Position numbers and translations under genes: made by a program
Part shown: piece by piece, positions 49,664 through 60,703 of the stretch
How positions within the stretch are numbered: position 1 is the stretch's first letter
Layout: every line of letters starts with the position of its first letter
Source: Candidatus Latescibacterota bacterium
Lineage (GTDB): Bacteria > Latescibacterota > UBA2968
Length of the DNA stretch: 64,000 nucleotides
Assembly (NCBI GenBank): GCA_965222605.1
Contig: OZ244960.1
Location: 384,001-448,000, forward strand
Direction: 5' to 3'
Notes under the pieces: generated by a model
Told to the model about the DNA's origin: nothing
Seen by the model: only the letters and a program-made list of their open reading frames with translations
The model's database searches: none

Positions 49664-50055
49664 AACGTATCGTCTCGCTGAACTTTGGTTCTATCTGCTT
49701 TATTACAATCAAACAAGGCGAGTTGAATCCCATCAGGGGTATAGATCAGGTAGTTAATATGCATTTGTAGGAGATCTTTCCGTTCCTCTGGTGTGGCTTC
49801 ATTATATAATTCCTCAAAGGTCGTGAGTTTTTGCTGCAACTGAGCAACACTTACGGCCTTTTGTTTTACCTCTGCCAGAGCTACTTCATTATCCATCATC
49901 TCCTGCTCTATTTGGCTTTTTTGCTCTTCCAGTTCGGTAATTTTCTGGATGATGGTTCTAATACCAACTTTCCGTCCAGCGATACTTTCCACCAAGACAC
50001 CCAGCTTCTTATCAATATCTTTGAGGTTTCTGTGATAATTTTCCTGTGCATTCAC
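49642..50055 (-). pseudogene. C-terminal remnant of a putative large serine recombinase/integrase, truncated by an IS5 element
   Basis: Coiled coil then ATPEERKDLLQMHINYLIYTPDGIQLAL; stop codon lies inside the tRNA; no catalytic domain visible. Confidence 0.6.
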
Positions 50056-50058
50056 TAA

Positions 50059-50985
50059 GAAGCTGTTTTAAAACTATTGTGAGTGAAGAAAAGGGTTGAA
50101 AAAGCGTATTCATCTGTCCAAATTCAGGTTATGCAAATCACCCTGAAACGAAAGGACAAAGATGAATACGCAAAGAGAATATCCGACAAATGTCACCCAA
50201 GCGCAATGGCAACTGCTTCTCCCCTTGCTGCCCAAACGCAAATGGCGAAAAGGCGGCCCTGGACGCCCTCCTGCCAATTTGCGCCAAGTGTTCAATGGCA
50301 TCCTGTATCTGACGAAGACCGGCAGCCAATGGCGCATGCTACCCCATACCTTCGGCTGCTGGCAGACCGTGTATGGCTATTTCAATCGTTGGCGCGAGCA
50401 AGGCATCTTTGAGCAGGTGCAACAGGCACTCACGCGGCGAGAAAGAAAACGGCAGGGACGAGCGCCTACCGCATCAGCAGGCTGCATTGACAGCCAAAGT
50501 GTCAAGACAGCAACACAAGGAAAATCAAAAGGTTATGATGCTGGAAAAAAGGTCAATGGACGCAAACGCCATCTTCTCGTTGATACCCTCGGACTCGTCA
50601 TCAGCACCTATGTCTCGCCTGCTGATCTCCAAGACCGTGATGGCTTAAAGCAGGTGCTCAATCAGTATTTTGACACGGGAGAGACACGCTTACGCAAGCT
50701 ATGGGTCGATGGCGGCTATCGAGGTGAAGACCTCAAGAAATGGGTCGCTGCTAAGAAGCAGACGCATAAGATTGATCTTGAGGTTGTCACCCCAAAAGGC
50801 AAAGGCTTTCAACTCGTCAAACGCCGGTGGGTCGTCGAGCGCACCTTTGCCTAATTATTTAATTTTCGCCGACTATCAAAGGATTATGAAGACTTGACCG
50901 ACAGTAGTGAAGCCTTTATTCACATCGTTATGATTTACCTCTTAATCAACAGACTCGCTTAAGCGAGGGATTTTAAAACAGCTTC
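50059..50985 (+). mobile_element. IS5 family (IS1031-like) element
   Basis: 15-bp inverted repeats GAAGCTGTTTTAAAA / TTTTAAAACAGCTTC, with TAA on both flanks. Confidence 0.9.
50162..50962 (+). pseudogene. IS5 family transposase with an in-frame TAA at 50852-50854
   Basis: IDSQSVK, GYDAGKKVNGRKRH, VDGGY, RWVVERTFA*LFNFRRLSKDYE. Confidence 0.88.
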
Positions 50986-51445
50986 TAAGCCTTTTTCTCG
51001 ACGTGACTGGCAGCCATTCCAAAAGTGATCCAGGCCATAGGTCTTTTTGCCTGACTTGGGCACAAAGGAGGCATCTAAGACCAGAATACGCCCATGTGCT
51101 TGGTCTTGGTCTCTGCTTTCATTGATGATGGCACGGTTGAAATCCATAAATCGAAAGGGCTTGTCAAACTGACGGGTGTATGTGCGTTCGCAAAGGTGAG
51201 AATACCGTGACAGGTTGCGAAAATTGATTTTACCCCGTGCAATCAGTATGGTCGTAAATAGGGTCATGAGAAACTTTTTTTGGGGCTTGGAAATGTTGAG
51301 CCGATTGAGTATCTTTTCTGCGATTGCCATGGTGCCGTCTCACTCGTTTGGGTTGTCAGTGATCTGGAATATCTTTGACATCCAATCTGCGTGAACGGCA
51401 CTTTTTTGTCTATTCTTTTTTTACTCAAAACTGTCCGAAGTATTG
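50986..51445 (-). mobile_element. Truncated DDE transposase element (IS701/IS4-like), copy 1
   Basis: MAIAEKILNRLNISKPQKKF...LDASFVPKSGKKT; terminus CAATACTTCGGACAGTTTT shared with copy 2. Confidence 0.8.
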
Positions 51446-51518
51446 ATATTAAGTCAATAGACAAAATACGACTCTTGACAATTTCGGCAACAGCATCCAA
51501 AGCGGGGTAACTCCAACA

Positions 51519-53819
51519 TCACTTAACAGGATATCCTAAATCCTTTAAGATAGCCTTAGAAAACTCTGTAACAATATCTGCAGACAGGTAAAACTTCTGC
51601 GTAGGGTTACTATCAAGCCTAGTATCATATTCTCTATTCCAGGTTCCTCTCATAGACATTATATCACGAGGAACACCTAGATGAGTGCCATTACGATGAA
51701 GAGGTATTCCTGAAGCGTCTACCCAATTACCTCTTACAAGATAATTATCACTACTAAGACTAGACTGAGTAGTGATATCTCGATCTCCAATATAAGAATC
51801 TCCTGGCGAGTATCTCCATGATACGTAGAGCATCCAATAGTGATCTGAAGAACGATTAGATCCAGAATAACCGTTAATATAAGAATTAAACACTTCTTTG
51901 CTAGCAGGACCAACAAATATCCTGTCAAAGTATAAATCTTTTGCCTCTATCTTCCAACGGTTCCTACTATGGCCGTCAATAGCAGGCTCATCGCCAGATG
52001 AAGGAAGACTACCTGGATCTAATGGTTTATGTATAGCTATACCATGAGATACTTTATCCTCAGACAAGTATTGAGTATTAGCATCCCAAAGCCCTTTGTG
52101 ATTATCTCCGTAGTAACCTACAATATCCTCAACATAACGGTTCCAAATCGGATGACCATTGTGACCGGTATCACCAATACCTAAAACATGACCTATTTCA
52201 TGTTTGGCTACCCAAAACTGATCAACAAGTGATTTTGATGCAATACTTATTACACCAACAGCGGTTGGTCCACTGTCTCGCCACTCATAACCTAAAGCAG
52301 AACCTCCAACATTTGATTCCATTTCAGAAACGACATATACTAACAAATCGTCAACCTCTCGATCCTCTGGCAAGATAGTTATCGTCTTACCAGAATAACG
52401 TATCTTAGACCTCTGTAAGGTATGACCAGGAACTCCTCTTGAGAAAACCCGCTCCCAGAAGTTGTTTACACGCCCACGTATTAAGGTAGAATCAGGAAAA
52501 TCGGACTTGTCAACAAATACTAACTTTATATCAAAAGTATTATCAAAGTCAGAACCTCCTGGATTGTCAGGAGGAGTAGTATTGGTAGAAGTAACAACTT
52601 TAACAGAACTTCTACCTGTATTGACATCTGATGAACGAGGAGTATTAGAGGAACGAGGAGTATTAGAGGAACGAGGAGTATTAGAAGAACCTCTACCTGA
52701 ATATAAAGAGTTAGGATTTAAAAAACCACAATGCTCACCATAAAAACACAACGTATCACTACTCGCTATCACACCGTAATAACCCTTACCATGTTCCTCT
52801 AACTGACTATCTACTATCTCACGATGAACATAAAATGTACCGTCATAAACATAATTCTCATCCGAATTAGAACGACCGTTAAGTGTACGAATAAATACCG
52901 CATACGGACCCTCACTACCCTTAACACCATATCCCCACTCCGGCTCCTCCGTATCAAAATCATCAAACTCTATCGTGCCACGATAACTACCTCGCGGTAT
53001 CAATACCTTACGAACAGTACCATGATTCGCATTCCTGAAAACTAAACCAATATCCAAATCATGAGTAGCAGGAAACGGAATACTTACCTCAATCTCTGAA
53101 GGGTGAGCAATAGACTCATTAACACTGTCCAACCGACGCAAATTAAAACGAATAGGAAACTCCTCTCCCGGATTATTCTGCAAATGTACCGCCCGCAAAC
53201 TATCTAAACTGTAAAATATACTATCCGCCAATACCGATATATTGTTCCTGTTCAAAAATAGCTTCTTCACACTACTCAACCCACCAAAAGAATAAATATC
53301 TATATGCTCCAAACCATTATCCTCTAAACGCAATACCCGAACACTATCAAATCCAACAAAATCACCCCGACGCAACGAAATTATACCCAAATTACGCAAA
53401 TCTAATGTATCTCGAAAACTATTTAAATCATTTAACGTAACATCACCGCACGCCTTGTCACCACCCAAAATACGCAATACCTCCGTCTCTATCTCCGAAG
53501 TACGACCACAAAAAGAAAAATCTTCCTCATTATCAATATTATCTCCAAAATAATTATACAACATCATAAAATCCTCATTGTCAATCTTACCATCACTATT
53601 CAAATCAAACTTCGCATCATACTTATCGTCACCTTCAGAACTCGGATAAACATTAGAAAAAGCAAAAAAATCCTCTATCCCTACTATACCATTGCCATCA
53701 AAATCAGCCGATTTATTTTCCTCAACCGTTTGCTCATTATCCTGGTCATCCTGACTATGAACAAACACAGAAACCCCTAATACGAAAAGAATACAAAAAG
53801 TAAAAATTCTTGAAAACAT
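51519..53819 (-). CDS. Secreted protein: EF-hand/dockerin-like pair + LRR + S/T/P linker + HExxH zinc metalloprotease
   Basis: AAGGAG RBS; signal peptide; DFDGNGIVG...FDLNSDGKID; LRRs; (SSNTPR)x3; HEIGHVLGIG. Confidence 0.8.
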   Translation of the reverse strand: MFSRIFTFCILFVLGVSVFVHSQDDQDNEQTVEENKSADFDGNGIVGIEDFFAFSNVYPSSEGDDKYDAKFDLNSDGKIDNEDFMMLYNYFGDNIDNEEDFSFCGRTSEIETEVLRILGGDKACGDVTLNDLNSFRDTLDLRNLGIISLRRGDFVGFDSVRVLRLEDNGLEHIDIYSFGGLSSVKKLFLNRNNISVLADSIFYSLDSLRAVHLQNNPGEEFPIRFNLRRLDSVNESIAHPSEIEVSIPFPATHDLDIGLVFRNANHGTVRKVLIPRGSYRGTIEFDDFDTEEPEWGYGVKGSEGPYAVFIRTLNGRSNSDENYVYDGTFYVHREIVDSQLEEHGKGYYGVIASSDTLCFYGEHCGFLNPNSLYSGRGSSNTPRSSNTPRSSNTPRSSDVNTGRSSVKVVTSTNTTPPDNPGGSDFDNTFDIKLVFVDKSDFPDSTLIRGRVNNFWERVFSRGVPGHTLQRSKIRYSGKTITILPEDREVDDLLVYVVSEMESNVGGSALGYEWRDSGPTAVGVISIASKSLVDQFWVAKHEIGHVLGIGDTGHNGHPIWNRYVEDIVGYYGDNHKGLWDANTQYLSEDKVSHGIAIHKPLDPGSLPSSGDEPAIDGHSRNRWKIEAKDLYFDRIFVGPASKEVFNSYINGYSGSNRSSDHYWMLYVSWRYSPGDSYIGDRDITTQSSLSSDNYLVRGNWVDASGIPLHRNGTHLGVPRDIMSMRGTWNREYDTRLDSNPTQKFYLSADIVTEFSKAILKDLGYPVK
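52633..52686. repeat. 18-bp coding tandem repeat, three copies
   Basis: GAACGAGGAGTATTAGAG units encoding SSNTPR on the minus strand. Confidence 0.85.
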
Positions 53820-53868
53820 ATTTAACTCCTTATAAAGTGGGCTTGACCGTTTCATTATCAAACGTTTT

Positions 53869-54766
53869 TAGGGTCGAAAATTCTGTAAAAAGGTAGCCCC
53901 GTGATAGGGGTCAGAGATTTTATTTTAAGTACGTCATGTCCAGATATCGTCTGCCTGATATCCACTCGTCAGACCACTCCATACACAAGGCCCCGATCAG
54001 GCGTTCACATGCTTGCTCGTTAGGGAAGATCTGGACCACATCAGCACGTCTTCGGGGTCCACTCCCTGCGATCCCACTGACGATTAAGACGCCTTCAGAG
54101 ACGACCTGCCCAGCAGATCGGATGTAGAGATAGGTCGCATCAATGATCAGATAAGGGTATGCCTGTTCAAGGGGTCGCTCGCGCCAGGCTTTTATGTCTG
54201 CATCTATTTCTTGACACAAGTCAGAGACCTGAGACTTTGAAAAGGAGGTACCACACAACTGTTCTGTGATCTTGGATACTTTGCGTGTGGAGACACCTTG
54301 CAGATACGCCTCTTGAAGGGCAAGAATGAGTGCTTTTTCACTGCGTTGAAAGCGTGCAAATAACCCACTGTGGAATCGCCCTTCCCGATCTTGAGGGACG
54401 CTCAGTTCGATACGGCCAACGCGCGTTTTGACAATCCGAGGTTTATATCCGTTACGGTATCCTGTACGATCTTCGGTTCTTTGATAGGGTTCTGCTTGTA
54501 AAAATGTGGCGATCTCGGCTTCGAGAAACTGCTGCAGGTAGCGGGTCACGATCTGATTGAGAAAATCAGGATCATTCAAAAGTGCGAAACGATGTACAAC
54601 TGGTCGCAGTCCAGATCAGTTCATTGCTCTGGCGCGGCAATTTTAATATCTTTGGGGTAAGTCATCGTAGCCTCCAAGTTGGGGTTAGAATACGTGTCAC
54701 CCCTATTTTAAGATTTTTCTCGGAGCTACGGTGACTTTTTCAATTTTACAGAAATATATGGACGCT
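53869..54766 (-). mobile_element. IS256 family remnant with internal deletion
   Basis: RNGYKPR..KTRVGRIELSVPQDREG, GVSTRKV, joined directly to C-terminal IFPNEQACERL; imperfect IRs (TTCTGTAAAA / TTTTACAGAA); early stop after the ATG near 54665. Confidence 0.85.
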
Positions 54767-55412
54767 ATCCGCTAAATACTGATCTATTCGGGTTTCATCG
54801 TCTGTTTCGGTGTTCTTATTCGCCTTTGTGACAGTCGTTTTTTGCGCCTTCTTGGTGTCCGCTTTAGGTGCGGTTTGAGCAACGGAGAGGGTAAAACCCG
54901 TGTTTTTGTCCACATCCAAAAGCGCAATTCCCAAGATTTCTAAGCCCTTTTCTCGACGCGACTGGCAGCCATTCCAAAAGTGATCCAGGCCATAGGTCTT
55001 TTTGCCTGACTTGGGCACAAAGGACGCATCTAAGACCAGGATACGTGCAGGTGCTTGGTCTTGGTCTTGGTCTTGGTCTATGCTTTCATTGATGATGGCG
55101 CGGTTGAAATCCATAAATCGAAAGGGCTTGTCAAACTGACGGGTGTATGTGCGTTCGCAAAGGTGGGAATACCGTGACAGGTTACGAAAATTGATTTTAC
55201 CCCGTGCAATCAGTATGGTCGTAAATAGGGTCATGAGAAACTTTTTTTGGGGCTTGGAAATGTTGAGCCGATTGAGTATCTTTTCTGCGATTGCCATTGT
55301 GCCGTCTCACTCGTTTGGGTTGTCAGTGATTTGGAACATCTTTGACATCTAATCTGAGTGAACGGCACTTTTTTGTCAATCCTTTAGATCATAAAAACTG
55401 TCCGAAGTATTG
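54767..55412 (-). mobile_element. Truncated DDE transposase element (IS701/IS4-like), copy 2, cut by IS256
   Basis: Near-identical to 50986-51445; ORF 54746..55297. Confidence 0.8.
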
Positions 55413-55457
55413 ATAATAATAATAAACAAGTCCGGAAGGTGATAAATCCCAAACTAC

Positions 55458-56759
55458 CTACCTGTTACTCACCCTCCAAGCGGCCATTTCTATATGAGCA
55501 TTTCTTGCTACGACGTATTTACCATCTGGACTGAAAGCAACTACATCATTGCGACTACCAAGAGAGTATATCTCATCAGTAACAAACTCAATCGTAAATT
55601 CCTGCTGCCCAATTGGGTTCTTTAACTTCACCATTGCCAATGCCTGGCGATATCCCGGATCTATTGAGAGATAACCTGTCTTAGTAACCCTATCCCAATT
55701 GTTGAAAAGACTACGGGCATCATCTCTATTGATCTCCAGCCTTCTGTTATAACTCTGGCTTTCTCCGTTGAGGGTTACCTCAAAAGTAACGGGGAAGTAT
55801 TCCTCATTGGCATTGTATGTATCCAGTGTCACTGTAATGTCGTTCGTTCGAAAAACTCTGCGATACAATTGCCCGATTTGGGCTTGCTTATCCTTAAATC
55901 CGTAGCGTTCTCGAAGCTCCCGACGAGCCTTTGCCTCTATGGAATCCAATTGGTTTAAACGAGCCGCATATTGTTCATCGGATTCAAACTGATCTTTGGG
56001 GCCGCTAAGTCGGTGATTTTCTCGCTTTTCAGCGATCTCTTGCTCAATCTGTTCAAGTTCAGCCTTAAGGGTTTGTATTTGAGCAACGGTGTCGTCAAAC
56101 GTATTCCCACCTTCAACAGTAACGCGGACCCCTGAGGAACAGTTATTTTGTGTATTGCTCTCTCCACTCACGCTTTCCACACAAGCACCGTAGTAATAGA
56201 AACCAGCAGTATTTGGTGCTTTCAAGCTGATTGACTCAGAACTGGTGTCAGAAGCCGATATACTCCCCACCGCGTCGTCACCTGCTGACGTGTCGTTGAT
56301 CGTAATTGTCGCGTCGGTCGAGCGATAATAGCGCAAGGTCGTAGCCTCAGACTGACCATTGCCCTGGTTGCGGACCGTTGCCCGCAGGGTAAAGGATTGT
56401 CCTGGCGTCAAGGTGTCATCACTTACCGAAGGCGATTCAACAATCAGGTCCGGACTACCACTGCCACCGCCACCACCGCCGCTAGTGGTCGGCACCTCTT
56501 TGCCGAAGTTATCGATAAAGATCAGAAAATCCGGAATCCCAATCACACCATTGCTATCCAGATCATACTTCGCTTGATATGTCCCATCGCCCTGGCTTGA
56601 TCCGAACTGATTTACAAATAACAAAAAGTCGGGAATACCAACCACACCATCCCCATCAAAGTCCGAAGAAGGTGTCACAGAGCCAGGTTGTAATTCGACG
56701 CGAGCAGCCAGCGTCACGGTCTCTAATTGCCCACTCCGGCCAATTACACCACGCACCAA
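55458..56759 (-). pseudogene. EF-hand pair + CARDB-like Ig domain + coiled coil + start of a WD40 repeat; probably decayed
   Basis: DFDGDGVVGIPDF...YDLDSNG; PDLIVESPSVS...NNCS; VAFSPDGK; no clear signal peptide; TAG followed by in-frame VVWDL up to an IS end. Confidence 0.65.
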
Positions 56760-56875
56760 CCAAATCGCTGTGCCTATACGCGGCGCAGTCGTCGGAGATA
56801 GCCATAGCCCCAGTGAAGGTCTTGTACTTCATACCGTTCATCGCCCTAACGGGACTTAGACTTAATTTTATTAAC

Positions 56876-56890
56876 GCAAAAAGCGTGCCA
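56876..56890 (-). promoter_or_regulatory. Sigma-54 -24/-12 promoter
   Basis: TGGCAC-GCTTT-TTGC. Confidence 0.75.
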
Positions 56891-56930
56891 ATGTGAGCGT
56901 TTTTCCAGAAATTTTATTCGTGAAGGGGCG

Positions 56931-57063
56931 TAAAGAGTTGTTTTACATAAAGAAAAAGAGCTAATCTGACTATATTATATCGTCGCAGAATAGTCGGATT
57001 GGCTCTTTTGCAAGACCTTATATGGTCTTAAAAGACGTACTATAGTCTCAATGGTCCCGAGAG
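56931..57063 (-). promoter_or_regulatory. Putative enhancer (UAS) + IHF-like cassette, copy A
   Basis: Inverted near-copy of 60542-60672. Confidence 0.7.
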
Positions 57064-57130
57064 TATAGTACATCCTTAGGTTCTTTCTATGACCAGGCCA
57101 CTTGAGCGCACGGGCAAGGAAAAAAATAAG

Positions 57131-57165
57131 AAAGCCCGTCAATCGATAGTGATCGACGGGCTTTT
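57131..57165. terminator. Bidirectional terminator after the activator gene
   Basis: AAAGCCCGTC...GACGGGCTTT. Confidence 0.75.
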
Positions 57166-57212
57166 ATTTGTACTCGAGGTGAGCAGAGGGGTATAATTAC
57201 GATAGCAGTTTA

Positions 57213-60200
57213 TCAGCGATGGTTTAGTTTGATGCCCAGTCTTTTCATTTTCCCATACAGCGTAGAAGGCGGTACGCTTAGCAGCTTCGCCGCGCCCCTG
57301 GGTCCCTTTATCAGATAGTTCGTGGCTTCGAGCGCGTCGAGGATGTAGCGGCGTTCAAATTCATCCAAAGGCACGAATTCGCGGTCATGAGGAGCCGATA
57401 AGGTCTGCCTCTCAGGACCTGTATCTTTGATTCGAGAACCATACAGTCCCAGATTCCCCTTTCTGATTTGAGAATCAGGACACAAAACCACTGCCCGCTG
57501 TATGGTATGCTCCAATTCCCGCACATTCCCAGGCCAATCGTAGCTTTGCAACACCTCGATAATTTCTGCCGTCAAGGGGGCAATTTGCTTGCCTATATGC
57601 CCTGCCATGCGATCCTTGAAAAACTCGGCCAACTCAAGTATATCCTCCTTGCGCTCGCGCAGGGGCGGCAGATACATCGGAAAGGCATTGAGGCGGTAAT
57701 ACAGATCCTCCCGAAAATCACCTGCACTGACCATCTCCTCAAGGTTGCGATTCGTCGCTGCCACAATCCGCGTCTTTGCCGTCAGCGTCTCACTGCTTCC
57801 AATTCGCTCAAACGTGCCCTCTTCCAGCAAGCGCAACAGCTTGACCTGCGTTTCCACAGCCATATCGCCGATCTCATCTAAAAAGAGCGTACCACCCTCC
57901 GCCAGTTCCACCCTGCCCAGCCTGTGGAAAACTGCGCCGGTAAAAGCCCCTCTCTCGTGACCAAACAGTTCACTATCGATCAACGCTCCGGGCAATGCGC
58001 CGCAACTAACCTCGATAAAAGGCCCATCGCTATAGGCACTCAGCGCGTGTAGTGTCCGAGCAGCCAGGCCCTTACCCACACCTGTCTCGCCTATAATTAG
58101 CACGGTCATATTGGTAGATGCAATTTTTTCAAGATTGATTTGAAATTGGCGCAGAGCCGCGCTGTGACCGATAAACTTCTGGCTTTCTCGACGGTTAATT
58201 ACGTCCGTCAATGCTTCGATACGCGGGTCAGGCGCTACCGAGATTTGCACCTGTGCCATTTCCGAATAATTGAGGTCGCGATCTATCGCCTTGACCTGAA
58301 AGGTGTATTCTCCCGGCAACAAGTCCCGGTAAAAGGCCCGCATCCTTCGGGTTGCAGGCTGCCAATCGGCATCATAGCCATTCAGGCGATAGATGTAGAG
58401 CATGTCGCTGGGATGGGTGGAAAAACTCAGGCCCTTGTACTCGAAAATCACCTGCTGTCCTGCCGTAGCTACGATGGCTTCCTCCGGATTCTCATATTCT
58501 TGATCAGCGATCACCTGAAGCAGGCGAATCCGGGGTGGGATCTTTTGTTGCCGATAGCGCACCAGAGAATTTTGGACTGTACCAAACCAGAAGGCTCCAT
58601 CACGATCTTCGAGTATCCGACAAACCGGTCCTATATGCGATGAGTTGATGGTCTGGAAAACCTGACTATCGTAGTGAGCCAGGCCCCCGTCTGTGCCAAT
58701 CCAGAGGTGCCCTTGCCGATCTTCGAGCAAGCAACGGATGCGACTGCTCGGCAAACCGTCTTCCGTCGTGAAGGTCTGGAAGGTACTGCCATCAAAGCAA
58801 CAAAGACCACTCAGAGTAGCGATCCACAGGTTTCCATGGCGGTCTTCTATAAGATCTGTGACCCTGTCGTCGATCAGCCCGTCTTCAATCCCATAAAATT
58901 GGAGCCCATCTTCGGGATGCCAGCGCGCGAAGCCCTTGTAGGTGTAAGATGCCTTATGGTAGGCCAGATGGAACCATACCTCGCCGTTGCGCCCAACAAT
59001 CACAGTGCTAATGCGGTTGAAAGGCTCTTTCTCCTCCTGCTCCACAAAAATGGTTTGGAACGCCTCGCCATGCTGGTAAATGAGTTTTAATGGACTGGCA
59101 AAAAGGTCTCTTCTTTTTTTTATGCCATTTTCCCAATATCCCAAAACGAATCGCCCTTGTGAGTCCTGGGTGATTGCACAAACTCCCCCTTCGCTTAAAT
59201 CCGCGACTGATTCTATTTTTTTTAGCTTCTTCCCATCGTAGCAGAATAAGCCATTGCCGCCGCCGAACCACAGATGCTCGTCCTGGTCCTCGTAGATAGA
59301 AAAACAGTTGTTGATATCCAGGTTATCCTCTGTGCCTACAAAGGCAAATTCCTCGCCATTGAAGCGAAAAAGGCTGTACGTCAGATGGTTGAGAAAAGGA
59401 TCGGCATACCCGACCCATATATCACCTCGCCGGTCTTGCACGATCTGCGAGATATCCCGCATTTTTGATAACTCCCCATTGGGCCCCTTGATTTCGAAAA
59501 CACTGGTACTATGTGCATCGTAAAGACCGACGCCACCCCAGGTGGCGAACCAATACTGATGATTGCGATCTTGGAACACGGCTTTGATTGCGAGATGGGG
59601 CAGGCCATCTGCCTGGGTAAACCTGCTGAATCCATCACCATCCTGATAGAGCACTTCCATTGAAGTGCTAAACCACATCCGACCTTCTCGATCACACTGA
59701 ATTTTGCGCAATGGACCACCAAAATCTATCTGAACAGCCTGGAAGTTGCCGTCGGTATAGCACCAGAGTTTGCTCTCTTGTCTGCGCTGACCAAACCACA
59801 CCTTGCCGGTATGGTCCCGACCAACAGCATAGCTCGTCGAGCGTGGAGGAAAACCCTCTTTCTCATCATATCGGTGAAAGGATACGCCATCAAAGCGGAT
59901 GAGATAGTCAAAACCAAACCACAGGTGACCTTCAGGATCCTGAGTAATGCCCCGACACTGGTTGGGCCAGGAAGGAGAAGGAGGCTCCTCGTAGTGCTGA
60001 AGATAGAGTGGGATCAGGTCGTGGAACACAATGCCGTCGTAATATCCCAGAGTGCGGTGACCACCACACCATATACGCCCTTCACGGTCTTCGTAAATGA
60101 ACTGCACTGCGCGGCCTGCGATCCCCTCGTCCTCCAAATGGTGGAAATCTGTCCCATCATACCAGCAGACACCATCTAATGTACCGAACCACAACCGATT

Positions 60201-60425
60201 TTGACTGTCCTGAAAAACAAAATAAACGCGGTCACTAACAAGACCATCCCGTCGCGTAAAATTCTGGAACTCGTCCCCATCAAAGCGGCTGACCCCATTG
60301 TCCCATATGGCGAACCAGAGATAACCCTCGTTATCCTCGGCAATGTGTTCAATGCGCACCCCGGCCAGGCCGTCGGCCATAGAATAAGTCCGCCAGGTGC
60401 CCGTGCGGTCAAGCGATTTGATCAT
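57213..60425 (-). CDS. Sigma-54 enhancer-binding protein with N-terminal two-component-regulator propeller repeats and Y_Y_Y domain
   Basis: Repeated DGL...I.ED..G.LW.GT; YIYRLNGYD..W...LPGEYTFQVKA; GETGVGKG, GAFTGA, LFLDEIG, FREDLYYRL, WPGNVRELE; C-terminal HTH. Confidence 0.92.
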   Translation of the reverse strand: MIKSLDRTGTWRTYSMADGLAGVRIEHIAEDNEGYLWFAIWDNGVSRFDGDEFQNFTRRDGLVSDRVYFVFQDSQNRLWFGTLDGVCWYDGTDFHHLEDEGIAGRAVQFIYEDREGRIWCGGHRTLGYYDGIVFHDLIPLYLQHYEEPPSPSWPNQCRGITQDPEGHLWFGFDYLIRFDGVSFHRYDEKEGFPPRSTSYAVGRDHTGKVWFGQRRQESKLWCYTDGNFQAVQIDFGGPLRKIQCDREGRMWFSTSMEVLYQDGDGFSRFTQADGLPHLAIKAVFQDRNHQYWFATWGGVGLYDAHSTSVFEIKGPNGELSKMRDISQIVQDRRGDIWVGYADPFLNHLTYSLFRFNGEEFAFVGTEDNLDINNCFSIYEDQDEHLWFGGGNGLFCYDGKKLKKIESVADLSEGGVCAITQDSQGRFVLGYWENGIKKRRDLFASPLKLIYQHGEAFQTIFVEQEEKEPFNRISTVIVGRNGEVWFHLAYHKASYTYKGFARWHPEDGLQFYGIEDGLIDDRVTDLIEDRHGNLWIATLSGLCCFDGSTFQTFTTEDGLPSSRIRCLLEDRQGHLWIGTDGGLAHYDSQVFQTINSSHIGPVCRILEDRDGAFWFGTVQNSLVRYRQQKIPPRIRLLQVIADQEYENPEEAIVATAGQQVIFEYKGLSFSTHPSDMLYIYRLNGYDADWQPATRRMRAFYRDLLPGEYTFQVKAIDRDLNYSEMAQVQISVAPDPRIEALTDVINRRESQKFIGHSAALRQFQINLEKIASTNMTVLIIGETGVGKGLAARTLHALSAYSDGPFIEVSCGALPGALIDSELFGHERGAFTGAVFHRLGRVELAEGGTLFLDEIGDMAVETQVKLLRLLEEGTFERIGSSETLTAKTRIVAATNRNLEEMVSAGDFREDLYYRLNAFPMYLPPLRERKEDILELAEFFKDRMAGHIGKQIAPLTAEIIEVLQSYDWPGNVRELEHTIQRAVVLCPDSQIRKGNLGLYGSRIKDTGPERQTLSAPHDREFVPLDEFERRYILDALEATNYLIKGPRGAAKLLSVPPSTLYGKMKRLGIKLNHR

Positions 60426-60541
60426 AGAAAGAACCTTGTGATATGGGTAAAAAGTGGATTCAAAAATTGAATCTCACACTTGCAAAAGAAACATAATATT
60501 GTATCTCACGCGTGCAAAGAAAAATATGAAGGGTGTAATAA

Positions 60542-60672
60542 TCTCGGGACTATTGAGACCATAATACGTCTTTTAAGACTTTATAAAGTCTTGTGTAAGA
60601 GCCAATCCGACTATTCTGCGACGATATGATATAGTCAGATTGGCTATTTTTCTTTTTAAAAACAACCCTTTA
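60542..60672 (+). promoter_or_regulatory. Putative enhancer (UAS) + IHF-like cassette, copy B
   Basis: Inverted near-copy of 56931-57063; GAC...GTC palindromes. Confidence 0.7.
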
Positions 60673-60703
60673 TAGATATAATGGCCTGGAACAACGATCA
60701 CAT

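Noticed and set aside
50852-50854. Stop-codon readthrough or recoding in the IS5 transposase
   Set aside because: TAA at a normally Trp position in a decayed IS cluster; simple pseudogenisation is more parsimonious
56931-60672. Long inverted repeats as transposon ends or an invertible switch around the bEBP
   Set aside because: No transposase or invertase inside and no target duplication seen; the fixed position relative to two sigma-54 boxes fits duplicated promoters better. Inversion by homologous recombination is not excluded.
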